Below, one piece after another: positions 20,275-29,645 of a DNA stretch of 64,000 nucleotides. A model generated the notes under the pieces. It made no database searches. It saw only the letters and a list, made by a program, of their open reading frames with translations, and was not told the origin of the DNA. A program made the translations under genes and the position numbers. Within the stretch, counting starts at the first letter, position 1. Each line of letters opens with the position of its first letter. Source of the DNA: a virus (Duplodnaviria; Caudoviricetes); IMG/VR virus record IMGVR_UViG_3300046820_001270, positions 224,001 through 288,000 of that record; one strand, written 5' to 3'.

Positions 20275-20858
20275 GGTTCGTTTATTTCTGTTAATTTAGA
20301 TATTTCTTTAGGATTAGTAAAGAATTGATTATAAGTGGTATTGAATTTAATTCCAGTTTTGTTCTCAGGAATTAAGTCAATAATCTTTTTATTGTCGGTG
20401 ATCCATACATCACATTTACTCCAAGAATCTTCAATATCCTTAGTTCTAATAAATTTAATATTATTACCAAGAAAACCATTCTTAGATAAAAAGAATAATG
20501 TTGCGGGTTTTGATTTACCTAATTCATCTAAACCAATTAATGTAAAATTGTGTTCAGGGTTATCAAATAAAATTTTATGTAAATCTGTGAAGGTAGTTGA
20601 ATAACTCAAACCAGCATGACCAAAAACTTCAATAGGATATTCAATAAACAAAAAGTTTTCAAATTCTTCTTGTGATTGAAATTTATAAGAATTTAATAAA
20701 TTATCATTTTGAATTGGTTCAGTAACACCATATTCAAAAGTGTTTTCTTCTTCCTCTTCTATAATAATATCACTATTAAAATAGGACTCATTATAATGAT
20801 AATCAAATTTTTGGATTGTGTTTCTTAAAACCCCATCAATACTAATGTATATTTCCAT
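20172..20858 (-). CDS. HAD-superfamily 5'(3')-nucleotidase-like protein
   Basis: ISIDGVLRN motif I variant, KSKPATLFFL, WITDN and FNTTYN resemble the NT5C family; start set at ATG 20858 after the promoter; 3' end overlaps next gene by 103 nt. Confidence 0.55.
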   Translation of the reverse strand: MEIYISIDGVLRNTIQKFDYHYNESYFNSDIIIEEEEENTFEYGVTEPIQNDNLLNSYKFQSQEEFENFLFIEYPIEVFGHAGLSYSTTFTDLHKILFDNPEHNFTLIGLDELGKSKPATLFFLSKNGFLGNNIKFIRTKDIEDSWSKCDVWITDNKKIIDLIPENKTGIKFNTTYNQFFTNPKEISKLTEINEPWLKSLEKTTTLTLMESQKNVEQEEQSQTKTEQK

Positions 20859-20862
20859 TGTA

Positions 20863-20893
20863 AAAATATACAATGAATTGAGTTATAAGTAAA
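20863..20893 (-). promoter_or_regulatory. Near-consensus Bacteroidota-type promoter
   Basis: TTTA-N19-TATATTTT, 4 nt before ATG 20858; drives the HAD-GT-sigma run. Confidence 0.45.
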
Positions 20894-20895
20894 TA

Positions 20896-21624
20896 CTAAT
20901 CGTATCTATTCAATATTTCTCCGATGATTGGATTTCTTACAATGTCTTCCATACCAAATTCAAAAATACCAATTCCTTTAACATCTTGTAATCTTTTCTT
21001 CGCATCAAATAAACCAGATTTTGTTTTGTCTCTGAATTTATCCGATTGTTCAAGATCACCCGAAATAAAGAACTTAGAGTTAAAACCAATACGAGTTAAT
21101 AATAACTTAATCTGTGATGGTGTTGCGTTTTGAGCTTCTTCAAAAACAAGGATCGTATTATCTACGTTCCAACCTCTCATGTAAGCAAGTGCTGCGACCT
21201 CAATATAACCTTGGTCTTTTAACTCCTCACGAGCTTCTTTACCTATAATCTTATTTAATAGATAATATGATGGATAAATGTATGGATCTAATTTCTCTTC
21301 TAAACCACCAGGAAGTGATCCTAATTTCTCTTCAGCTTCAACTGCGGGTCTAACTATGATAATCTTCTCATACTTGTTAGAATCGTCGTATAATAGGTCT
21401 ACGGCACGTTTCATGGCTATATAGGACTTACCTACACCTGCCGGACCGAAACATAATGTAATTTGATTTTCTCCAAGAATATTCCAATAGGTTTCTTGGT
21501 TTTTGGTTAAGAACTTTTCTTTAGGACGTTTGATAATTTGTCTTATCCTATCTTTATGTGATATTTTCTTCTCTTCTACTAATACGGGTGGTTGGATTGT
21601 TTTGGTTCTAGTTTTATATGCCAA
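20896..21624 (-). CDS. phoH: PhoH-family ATPase
   Basis: GPAGVGKS, RPAVEA, YMRG, EEAQN, GDLEQSD, IVRN; TTG start. Confidence 0.93.
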   Translation of the reverse strand: MAYKTRTKTIQPPVLVEEKKISHKDRIRQIIKRPKEKFLTKNQETYWNILGENQITLCFGPAGVGKSYIAMKRAVDLLYDDSNKYEKIIIVRPAVEAEEKLGSLPGGLEEKLDPYIYPSYYLLNKIIGKEAREELKDQGYIEVAALAYMRGWNVDNTILVFEEAQNATPSQIKLLLTRIGFNSKFFISGDLEQSDKFRDKTKSGLFDAKKRLQDVKGIGIFEFGMEDIVRNPIIGEILNRYD

Positions 21625-21651
21625 AATTGTTAGTTTTAAAAGTTCTGTTTA

Positions 21652-22056
21652 TTATTTAATATGTTTAAAAATTCTTCTGATATTATCAGGTAAAGAATTA
21701 ATTGGTATTAATTTACATTTAATAGTATCTAATCCTCGTCTTATTGCTTTTTGAGCCCTATGATGTCCATCTATAATTGAAAGAATATTACCCTCGTCAT
21801 TAACAAATATCAATATGGGATATTGTAAATCTGCCATATCTATTTTTTGTACCTCACTATTATCGTGATCCCATGTTAATAACATATGTTTTAATCTTTC
21901 TACTGAAATTTGACTAACTGAAATATGGTCTGTGGCAATTAATAAATCCATAAGGGTTATTTTATCCCCTTCTTCGTTTTGCCAAGATGTATCATGAAGT
22001 CCCTCATTAAGACCCATTACCTTCTTTATACGTGATATGTTTTCTTGTAAATTCAT
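21652..22056 (-). CDS. ParB/Srx N-terminal-domain protein with N-terminal tag
   Basis: ADLQYPILI...IIDGHHRAQKA motif; no HTH; late motif 4 nt upstream. Confidence 0.75.
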   Translation of the reverse strand: MNLQENISRIKKVMGLNEGLHDTSWQNEEGDKITLMDLLIATDHISVSQISVERLKHMLLTWDHDNSEVQKIDMADLQYPILIFVNDEGNILSIIDGHHRAQKAIRRGLDTIKCKLIPINSLPDNIRRIFKHIK

Positions 22057-22071
22057 ATCATATAAATATCT

Positions 22072-22713
22072 CTATTTTCCCGTAGATCCAAATCCACCAG
22101 ACCCTCTTTCGGTATCAGATAATTCAGGAACTTCTGTCATATATATGGTAGGATAAGGTAATATGATAATCTGTGCACCTCTTTCACCAACTTTATATTT
22201 AATTGAATCTAACCCTTGAGTTTTCTTAAAAGTTGCTTGTAATTCACCTCTATAACCACTATCAATTACACCTACACAATTCGATAAAATTAATTCTTGG
22301 TTTCTAACTGATGAACGAGGGAAAACTAAACCTACGTATCCTTTTGGAATTTCCATAGCAATTCCAAAACCATAAGATACACTAAATGATGTATTTTCAA
22401 TTTCTTTTGTGATTGTTAAATCCATACCAGCATCACCAACTTTCGAATAAGATGGTATAACGGCATTTGGATCTAATTTTTTAACTTTAACTAATACCCC
22501 CTCACTTACAACTCCACTATTAATTGGTTGATTATTATTCATTGTTTGTTCATTAACTTCAGGTGTAATTAAATCAGATTGTAATTTGTTTAATAAATCA
22601 TTTAATTCCGAAACAAAATTCAAATCAATTTCTTCGTCTTCATTATCTGATCCGATTGTTTTTTCAAAATCTTCTAATTGTTTTAAATAATTTTCAACAT
22701 CTTCTTTTTCCAT
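22072..22713 (-). CDS. dut: dUTPase, trimeric type, with acidic N-terminal extension
   Basis: AGMDL, PRSS, GVIDSGYRGE, AQII and RGSGGFGSTG: all five motifs. Confidence 0.95.
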   Translation of the reverse strand: MEKEDVENYLKQLEDFEKTIGSDNEDEEIDLNFVSELNDLLNKLQSDLITPEVNEQTMNNNQPINSGVVSEGVLVKVKKLDPNAVIPSYSKVGDAGMDLTITKEIENTSFSVSYGFGIAMEIPKGYVGLVFPRSSVRNQELILSNCVGVIDSGYRGELQATFKKTQGLDSIKYKVGERGAQIIILPYPTIYMTEVPELSDTERGSGGFGSTGK

Positions 22714-22714
22714 G

Positions 22715-22930
22715 TTATTTAATTTTCTTTTCTTCTAACCATTTATCTAACGCCTTAATTCTTTGTTTAAGACTATCATCTTGTGGTCTTAGACAAACCT
22801 CTACAAATAATTCAGTTATCCGTATTAATTCTTCGACCGTAACAGTAACACCAACCGATGTGACATAGTCTAACGCCATTTTACTTTGTGATTGACGCAT
22901 GATTTGTATTTCACGACTATAGAATTCCAT
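22715..22930 (-). CDS. Hypothetical protein
   Basis: 71-aa ORF in operon. Confidence 0.6.
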   Translation of the reverse strand: MEFYSREIQIMRQSQSKMALDYVTSVGVTVTVEELIRITELFVEVCLRPQDDSLKQRIKALDKWLEEKKIK

Positions 22931-22950
22931 ATCAGTTGGTGTTTAAATTG

Positions 22951-23187
22951 TTATTTTGTTTTGTAATACTCAGGTGTGTTCTTAGAGTCGATAATACATT
23001 CAATTGCCATTTTTGCAACTGAAATACTCTCGCTTGAACGAACGTCTCCAGCTCTGTATTTTGATGCAACAATTGTTGCTTCTTCTACAGTCTCCGCTTC
23101 AATAATGTACTTTAATTTTTGAAGACGTGGGTTTCCTGCTCTGTCCATTTGTTCGGTTTCATAACCGATTGTTACTAAATAATGCAT
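22951..23187 (-). CDS. Small protein resembling the Bacteroidota DUF4494 family
   Basis: YLVTIGYE...KYIIEAETVEEA pattern recalled from that family; not searched. Confidence 0.4.
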   Translation of the reverse strand: MHYLVTIGYETEQMDRAGNPRLQKLKYIIEAETVEEATIVASKYRAGDVRSSESISVAKMAIECIIDSKNTPEYYKTK

Positions 23188-23193
23188 GTTGTT

Positions 23194-24417
23194 CTATTTT
23201 ATTATTGATTTAAAAAATTCTACTCTATCTTGACATACTTTCTTTAATGAGTATGTGTCTTTAACTGTTTCATATAAACGATTTCCTAAGTCCTCAATCA
23301 TATTTGGATTTTCAACTAAACGTTTCATATGTTTTGCCCAATCCTTATGATTCTTTTTTGATCCTACTAATAGTGCGTTTCCTTTATCGTTAAATTTACC
23401 TTCATCTACTGCCGAAATTAAATCTATTGTAAAAGGATCAACATCACTTGCGATGATTGCCTTTTTAAAGAATCCCGCTTCAATTACTTTTAATTGTGAT
23501 TTATTAGCATTGAACATTGAATCGACTAATGGTGCTAATGATACGTCAAAAGTATTATAGTTTGTCGCGTACGATGTAATATTTTTTGTCCATCTTCTTC
23601 TATACGGTTCGTTTTCATCGTTATAGGGAGTTTCTAAAAATGTTTCTAAATAACTTTTATATTCAGGACTTAATACTTTATAATTGTCGGTAAAAAATTG
23701 TTCGTATTTATACCAAACAGTTTCCAACGGTTGAATTGGTCTATTTCTTTGTTGTTTTGTTTCTGGATTAATTTCAGTAACAGTTCCCCTTGTATCAAAC
23801 CCACATAAAACAAATTGAACTTTATCTTTAAAATAATTATGTATAGATGAAATTCCGTTCTCCATTAATTCTAAATCATAAAGATGTGATGATCCACCTA
23901 ACCAACCAAATCTAACTTTATCAGATTTTGTTGTTTCGTTTTTAAATTGTGGTTCTTCTTCATTAACAGCATTTGGAAACACGGCAACACTATTGATCTT
24001 TAAACGATCTTTAATTGTTTTTGCAAAAATTGGAGTTGTCGTTGTTACGTAATCAACCTCTTTTAACATTTCAATTTTCATCTCACCAATCTTATTATTC
24101 TTAATTGCATAATACATTGGGTGTCTTTGGTCAACAAACCATAAATCATCGATATCCATTATAGTTAAAATACCTTTTGATTTTAACCATTTAATTCTTT
24201 GAATATTATTATCGTGATTAGTTTGATGAATAAATGTATGAAATACTACAATATCATAATTTGAAAATACCTCATCGTTATCCTCCACATTGTAAGAGAT
24301 ATCGACATGGATATCATCTGAGTGTTTATCTGAAATGAATACAAACGGATCCATTATTCTAAACTTACCTACACCAAACTTATCTGATGGGATTGCTAAA
24401 ATTCTAATTTTTGACAT
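23194..24417 (-). CDS. Glycosyltransferase, GT-B/GT4-like
   Basis: MDIDDLW, VTTTTP, FPNAVN, FGWLGGSSH, DVSLAPL...KSQLKVIEAG. Confidence 0.85.
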   Translation of the reverse strand: MSKIRILAIPSDKFGVGKFRIMDPFVFISDKHSDDIHVDISYNVEDNDEVFSNYDIVVFHTFIHQTNHDNNIQRIKWLKSKGILTIMDIDDLWFVDQRHPMYYAIKNNKIGEMKIEMLKEVDYVTTTTPIFAKTIKDRLKINSVAVFPNAVNEEEPQFKNETTKSDKVRFGWLGGSSHLYDLELMENGISSIHNYFKDKVQFVLCGFDTRGTVTEINPETKQQRNRPIQPLETVWYKYEQFFTDNYKVLSPEYKSYLETFLETPYNDENEPYRRRWTKNITSYATNYNTFDVSLAPLVDSMFNANKSQLKVIEAGFFKKAIIASDVDPFTIDLISAVDEGKFNDKGNALLVGSKKNHKDWAKHMKRLVENPNMIEDLGNRLYETVKDTYSLKKVCQDRVEFFKSIIK

Positions 24418-24437
24418 TTAAATTAACTTATATGTCT

Positions 24438-24468
24438 AAAATATAACTAAAAAAATTGGAAAAACAAA
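24438..24468 (-). promoter_or_regulatory. Bacteroidota-type sigma70 promoter
   Basis: TTTG-N19-TATATTTT upstream of the glycosyltransferase. Confidence 0.55.
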
Positions 24469-24469
24469 A

Positions 24470-25054
24470 TTACTTGGCTTTATTTACACCTGTAATTTTA
24501 CCCTTGAAAATTGAATCACCCACTTTTAATACTAAATTCTCATTAATAGACGATGTTGTAGATGCGGTAAGGATTTGGTTTAATTTTTCATCCATTACCT
24601 TACGAACTGTATTTTCAATAAGAACGGCAATTGCGTTCATATCTATATTTGAACTAACCGATTGTCTTTGTTGTGGTTGTGATTTTTTTGATGATGACAC
24701 ACCTTCTTGTTCCATTAAACGTTTTGCCCCTTTTACAAAATCCATATCTAATGTTTCATTTAAAGAAATGGACGGCATTTGTTCTATTGGGTGGTCGATC
24801 ATCGCTTGTTTAATTGCAGGAGATAATTTTGAGTTCATTATTTTATCAACATTCATATTACCACCGACAGGTCTTGTATTAGTTTGTTGTGGAAGTTGTG
24901 ATTCCATCAATTCAGATGGGTCAGATAATAACATTTCACTATTAACATGACCTCTTTCGAAGTTTCCTCCATCTACTTTATTCATTACTTTCTTAGCTTG
25001 AACTAATTTTTTCATTAAATCGTTTTGTGATATTGCTCCTTGACCTTGTGACAT
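24470..25054 (-). CDS. Hypothetical late protein
   Basis: 194 aa; late motif 3 nt upstream. Confidence 0.6.
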   Translation of the reverse strand: MSQGQGAISQNDLMKKLVQAKKVMNKVDGGNFERGHVNSEMLLSDPSELMESQLPQQTNTRPVGGNMNVDKIMNSKLSPAIKQAMIDHPIEQMPSISLNETLDMDFVKGAKRLMEQEGVSSSKKSQPQQRQSVSSNIDMNAIAVLIENTVRKVMDEKLNQILTASTTSSINENLVLKVGDSIFKGKITGVNKAK

Positions 25055-25087
25055 ACTAATAAATATTTTATACTATAATAAACTATT

Positions 25088-25843
25088 TTATGAAAACATT
25101 AAACGCTTAATGTTCTTAATGTTTTCCTGTAAATTTTTATTTTCTTCATCCTCCTCAGGATTTGCAACAGGTTTTTCTGTTGGTTTTGGTTCTGGTAATT
25201 TTTCCTGTGATTGATTAGTTGGTTCGACACTTTTTGGTTCTGAAGGTTTTGGTTCCTCTTTTGATGGTACCACTAATTTTTCAGGTTTACTTTGAGGTTT
25301 TGGTTTAGGTAATTCGGTTGTTTTTGGTTCTTGTGGTGTTGTAACTTCCGGTTCCGTTGGTGTCGGTTTGGTTGTTGGTGCCGTAGGTTTAGTTGTGGAG
25401 GGTTTAATAATCCTTGGTTTTTTAACTTCAGGTTTACTTGTCCAATCCGTTGTTACATATGTAACTGTCATCGAGTTATCATCACCTTCTTTATAATCAG
25501 GTCTTTTTTGATCAAACTTTTCATCACTTACTTTTAAATTACCCATACGACTAACCATAAAAGTTCTCCAACCTGTTTTATCAAATCCTTTTTTAGAAAC
25601 CGATGGTGGTTGAACATATGCTCGAACAACTAAATTACCTCGTTTACTTAATCCCAACGCCACCGCTTCAGCATCAATTCTATTACCTTGTTTAACACTA
25701 TCTTTTGCAGGTTTTTTAGGTCCTGAATAGAAAAAAGAAATCTTATTCCTATTTTTGATTGCATCAACGATAGGTTTAGTTTTCGATGTCCTTAAGATAT
25801 TTTGTTCTTCAAGTATTTTGAAGATTGTGTTTGTAAAACTCAT
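25088..25843 (-). CDS. Stand-alone WYL-domain protein with Pro/Lys/Glu-rich tail
   Basis: IVDAIKNRNKISFFY...GNR...ALG...VRAY...GWRTFMVSRM...F..KRPDY fits the WYL pattern; no HTH; C-terminal LQENIKNIKRLM. Confidence 0.7.
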   Translation of the reverse strand: MSFTNTIFKILEEQNILRTSKTKPIVDAIKNRNKISFFYSGPKKPAKDSVKQGNRIDAEAVALGLSKRGNLVVRAYVQPPSVSKKGFDKTGWRTFMVSRMGNLKVSDEKFDQKRPDYKEGDDNSMTVTYVTTDWTSKPEVKKPRIIKPSTTKPTAPTTKPTPTEPEVTTPQEPKTTELPKPKPQSKPEKLVVPSKEEPKPSEPKSVEPTNQSQEKLPEPKPTEKPVANPEEDEENKNLQENIKNIKRLMFS

Positions 25844-26535
25844 TATGTTGTTGGGTGTCTATTATATTCTTTTTTAGAGTTATAACTATTCTTACCAGTA
25901 TTTTCTGTTCTTTTTAAAATATCTGTTTTAGAACCTACAGTACCATTTTCATCTTTAGGACCTTTACCATTTTCATCACCATCAGAAATTGCGTCAGGGT
26001 TTGTACTATTATATTGATTCTTTTTATTAAATTTATTTTTAACCAAATTTTCGGTTCTTTTTAGAACGTCAGTTTTTGATCCGACTTCACCTGTTTCACC
26101 TTTTTGTCCTTTACCAAACTCATCTCCGTTAGAAATTGCGTCAGGATTATTAACACCATATTGATTATTTCTACCATAAGTGTTTTTACTCATTAATAAA
26201 TTTCTATTCGCAATATCAATCGATGTACCTATTGCAACATTATCATCTACTTGACCTCTACCTTTTTCATCTCCGTCCGCTAATGCATTAGGATTTGTTA
26301 AACCATATTGATTATTTTCATTATATGAATTTCTACCTAAACTTGAAATTCTATTTTGAATATCGATAGACGATCCAACTTTTCCACTATCACCTATTTG
26401 ACCTTTACCTTTTTCATCACCATTAGATAAAGCGTTAATATTTTGACTATTATATAAATTCTTTTCATTATAAGAATTTCTTGTAATAGATTCTTTTCTA
26501 AATTGTTCTGATATCTGATCTAATTTTGTTGCCAT
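25843..26535 (-). CDS. Protein made of four 49-aa repeats
   Basis: Repeats (R/K)NxY...NxY...N.A(L/I)x(N/D)GDExG(K/R)G...(V/I)G(S/T)..D(I/V)..R. Confidence 0.75.
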   Translation of the reverse strand: MATKLDQISEQFRKESITRNSYNEKNLYNSQNINALSNGDEKGKGQIGDSGKVGSSIDIQNRISSLGRNSYNENNQYGLTNPNALADGDEKGRGQVDDNVAIGTSIDIANRNLLMSKNTYGRNNQYGVNNPDAISNGDEFGKGQKGETGEVGSKTDVLKRTENLVKNKFNKKNQYNSTNPDAISDGDENGKGPKDENGTVGSKTDILKRTENTGKNSYNSKKEYNRHPTT

Positions 26536-26536
26536 A

Positions 26537-27028
26537 TTATAACATTAATTTTTTTATTCTATTAACCTGTTCAAATAAACCTGTTAATTTTATTGACGAC
26601 ACTGAATTTTTTTCTGAATTAGAATTAAATTTAAATGAAGGTAACCAACTTGATTTTTTTGTGTGTTTCTTTAAAAAACTATTTTTTCTTTCTCCTGTGG
26701 TACTTGAAATATCATCCGCTTGTTTTCTACCTTCTTTTCTATTTTGAATTAAATCTCTTTCTCCCTGAAGATGTTGTTTAGACCATGTGTCCATTAAATC
26801 ACCACCAGCCAAGTCATACCTAACTCTATCGGCAACTTTATCCATACCTTGTATGTCATGAATAATTCGTTTAAGTTGACCATACGTTACTTTTTTATCG
26901 GTTAAAAGTTTTTTTGCTCTCATCACTCCATGCACATTTTGACCATTAAGACCGTTAACCGTGTGGTTGATCTTATCTAAAATATTCTGTGGTAAATCAA
27001 AATCCCTATTTTTTAACTCTTTATTCAT
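26537..27028 (-). CDS. Basic hypothetical protein with C-terminal tag
   Basis: 163 aa, ends LFEQVNRIKKLML. Confidence 0.6.
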   Translation of the reverse strand: MNKELKNRDFDLPQNILDKINHTVNGLNGQNVHGVMRAKKLLTDKKVTYGQLKRIIHDIQGMDKVADRVRYDLAGGDLMDTWSKQHLQGERDLIQNRKEGRKQADDISSTTGERKNSFLKKHTKKSSWLPSFKFNSNSEKNSVSSIKLTGLFEQVNRIKKLML

Positions 27029-27776
27029 TATCGTCTTTAAGTCCTTTCAAAATATGGTCAGGTTTAAGACCATAAGTTTTCATACTATTTTTAAGTGATT
27101 TTATTTGTTTTGCAACTATTGGGTTTATTTCAACTTCCTCGACCTCTTCTTCTTTAGATAATACATCGTTATCTTTTCCCTTTTGTTTTAAAAGATTATC
27201 AATATATTCTTCCATGAATTTTTTAGGGTTTTCAACAATTCTTTGTTTTCCGTCAGGTAAACTTGGATCGAACCCTAATTGTTTTGCTCTTTTATCTTGT
27301 TCCTCGGGATCTTCAATACCTAATTCATCATAAGTATCTTTAGCCTCCTCATAATCAACATCGTCAGAATGTAATAACTTATCTGCACCTAAAACCTTAC
27401 TCATATCAGACTCACCCCAATATCTTCTATAACCCATACCTAATTTTGGTGATATCGATGATTGACCTGCGGCCGTTAATGCAACTTCATCACTTGTAGA
27501 ATCTGAAGTAATTCCCTTTGAATTAAAATTACTTGGTTTTTTACTTGTAGCAAAATTACCTGCGGCATCCACGATTTCATCCACTTCTTCTTCTTTTTCT
27601 ACTTTATCGGGGATTTTATCATAATCTGTTTTATCAGAGAACTCCTTAGCCCATTTGGACCATTTCTTCTTTTCTTTGTTAGGTTTACCCTTTTCATTCG
27701 CCTTAGCGTAGAAGAACCTTTGTTGTGCTTTTGAAGCAAATTTCTCCTCAATTACCTGTTTTATAAAATTATTCAT
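27021..27776 (-). CDS. Hypothetical late protein, putative internal protein
   Basis: MNNFIKQVIEE leader then KFASKAQQRFFYA module; late motif 15 nt upstream. Confidence 0.55.
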   Translation of the reverse strand: MNNFIKQVIEEKFASKAQQRFFYAKANEKGKPNKEKKKWSKWAKEFSDKTDYDKIPDKVEKEEEVDEIVDAAGNFATSKKPSNFNSKGITSDSTSDEVALTAAGQSSISPKLGMGYRRYWGESDMSKVLGADKLLHSDDVDYEEAKDTYDELGIEDPEEQDKRAKQLGFDPSLPDGKQRIVENPKKFMEEYIDNLLKQKGKDNDVLSKEEEVEEVEINPIVAKQIKSLKNSMKTYGLKPDHILKGLKDDNE

Positions 27777-27829
27777 CTAAATAGACTTTTATATAAATAT
27801 CAAATGTTATGAAAGATATTTATATTATA

Positions 27830-29593
27830 ATGAATAGACAGAATATTTTAAACTTTTATGGATCTAAATTGGATTTGAAGTTAGATTCATCGGAACTTTA
27901 TGACTATCAATTAACCACAAATGAGGTTGATTATGATACAGATGTGTTAGATTTATCTACCCCAATCACATATAGTGCACTTACAATTGACTCAAGTTGT
28001 TTAACTACAGACTTAAACGATCAGAAACCATGGGTTGTTCCGGTTAATAGTCGTTACACAGGTGATACTTGTGATTTTACGGTTAGAAGAAGAACAGAAA
28101 AGGGTTGGACGTTAGATTTTATCTTTAATAGAGAAGAGGTTAGTTGGTCTGATGGTAATGTTTTTTATTATTTAGGGACTGATGACAATTCGGATACATT
28201 AAACTATTTGGATAATAATCTATCATTTCAATTTACAAATGATGGTAAGGTTAAGTGGGTTGCTCATCGTTATTCAGGATATTGTGATACAAATTTAGAG
28301 TTTACCGAAACACACTACATGTCAAACGGAATGACACCTGTTTTATGTGTTACAGACGATACTAAAGATTTTAATTTAACAATTGTTTTTAATAGATATA
28401 AAGAATATGATGGATGTGACTTAGAAAATGAAGGAGGTTTTAACGATCTAATTCAAGGACCACATCCTGTTGAATTTATAAAACCGTTAACCGGTGTAAC
28501 TGCAATGACGTCAACTCAAATTGTTGAGGGGTACACAATTACAAATACAGTTAAAGATTGGTTAACAGGTGCAACTATTACAACCGAATATGTTGAGGAA
28601 TTAAATAAAAAATGGTCTGACGAAAGAACTAAAAGATTGGGAGATTTAAAATTCTATTTAAATGGAAATTTAATATACACCGAACATAATTGGGAGGAAG
28701 TAATTCCATCATATAGAAATGAACAAACAATAATTCAAACTTGGGGTGGTGGACAAGACTATTCGTGGTTTGGAACATACTCAACTTGTGGATTTAATAT
28801 TAAATCAATAAAATATTATGAAGAACCATTAGATTTTGTTCATGTTAAACATAACTTTAGAACAAGATTAAATGACTTTGATTTTGAAATATGTAATGCA
28901 CCTTGTGTGGATGATGTGAGAGCATACGTCCCTCCAACGGCAACACCGACAGGAACACCTACCCCAACACCAACTGTAACACCGACCAGAACACCTACCC
29001 CTACCGCCACACCAACCCCACAACCAACTAGTACATCTACACCAACACCGACTACAACACCTGTAAGTTTAGGATTTCAATGGATGACCATTAACTCAAT
29101 TACCGATTCAACCGCATCAGGTATAGGTCAAAACAATATTACTATTTCAATTACACAAAGTGGAGGTGGTATGGAAGAAGAGGATCCTCCAGGTATGTAT
29201 GAAGCCTCAACATTCCCTCAAGAATACAATGTTCCAGATAGTGGAACTCAAATACGAAATAAAAAAAATGGCGTGTTTACCGCAACATTTAGTCAACCAG
29301 TTCTGAACCCTTTAGTTGCTTTCGCTAGTGTTGGTAATCCAAATAGACCCGTTCCGGTTATTGTTTCTTCACCATTCACACCAATTTGGGGTCAAGATAC
29401 AACATACCAAAATCTAGTAAACGGAACTCAATATAGTCAATTTACAGGAACAGAAGGATTTAATATTATCCGTATAGATGGTACACTAAGTAGTGTGAGT
29501 TTTACCTATACCGTTCCAGAATTCTACTGTACCGTTTGCTTTGGATTCGTTGATCAGAATATTCAACCTACCCCAACCCCTACACCAATTTAG
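27830..29593 (+). CDS. Putative virion protein with beta-sandwich (LamG/lectin-like) domains and Pro/Thr linker
   Basis: Start moved to ATG 27830, 5 nt after the late motif at 27817; LKFYLNG...TWGGG pattern; (PT)n linker. Confidence 0.5.
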   Translation: MNRQNILNFYGSKLDLKLDSSELYDYQLTTNEVDYDTDVLDLSTPITYSALTIDSSCLTTDLNDQKPWVVPVNSRYTGDTCDFTVRRRTEKGWTLDFIFNREEVSWSDGNVFYYLGTDDNSDTLNYLDNNLSFQFTNDGKVKWVAHRYSGYCDTNLEFTETHYMSNGMTPVLCVTDDTKDFNLTIVFNRYKEYDGCDLENEGGFNDLIQGPHPVEFIKPLTGVTAMTSTQIVEGYTITNTVKDWLTGATITTEYVEELNKKWSDERTKRLGDLKFYLNGNLIYTEHNWEEVIPSYRNEQTIIQTWGGGQDYSWFGTYSTCGFNIKSIKYYEEPLDFVHVKHNFRTRLNDFDFEICNAPCVDDVRAYVPPTATPTGTPTPTPTVTPTRTPTPTATPTPQPTSTSTPTPTTTPVSLGFQWMTINSITDSTASGIGQNNITISITQSGGGMEEEDPPGMYEASTFPQEYNVPDSGTQIRNKKNGVFTATFSQPVLNPLVAFASVGNPNRPVPVIVSSPFTPIWGQDTTYQNLVNGTQYSQFTGTEGFNIIRIDGTLSSVSFTYTVPEFYCTVCFGFVDQNIQPTPTPTPI

Positions 29594-29645
29594 ATAAATT
29601 TAACAACATATAATGGACAATTCATATAAACAAAATATTTAAGGT

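Noticed and set aside
25843-26535. CRISPR-like array from the 147-bp periodicity
   Set aside because: Periodicity is a protein repeat with synonymous divergence; no repeat-spacer structure or cas genes
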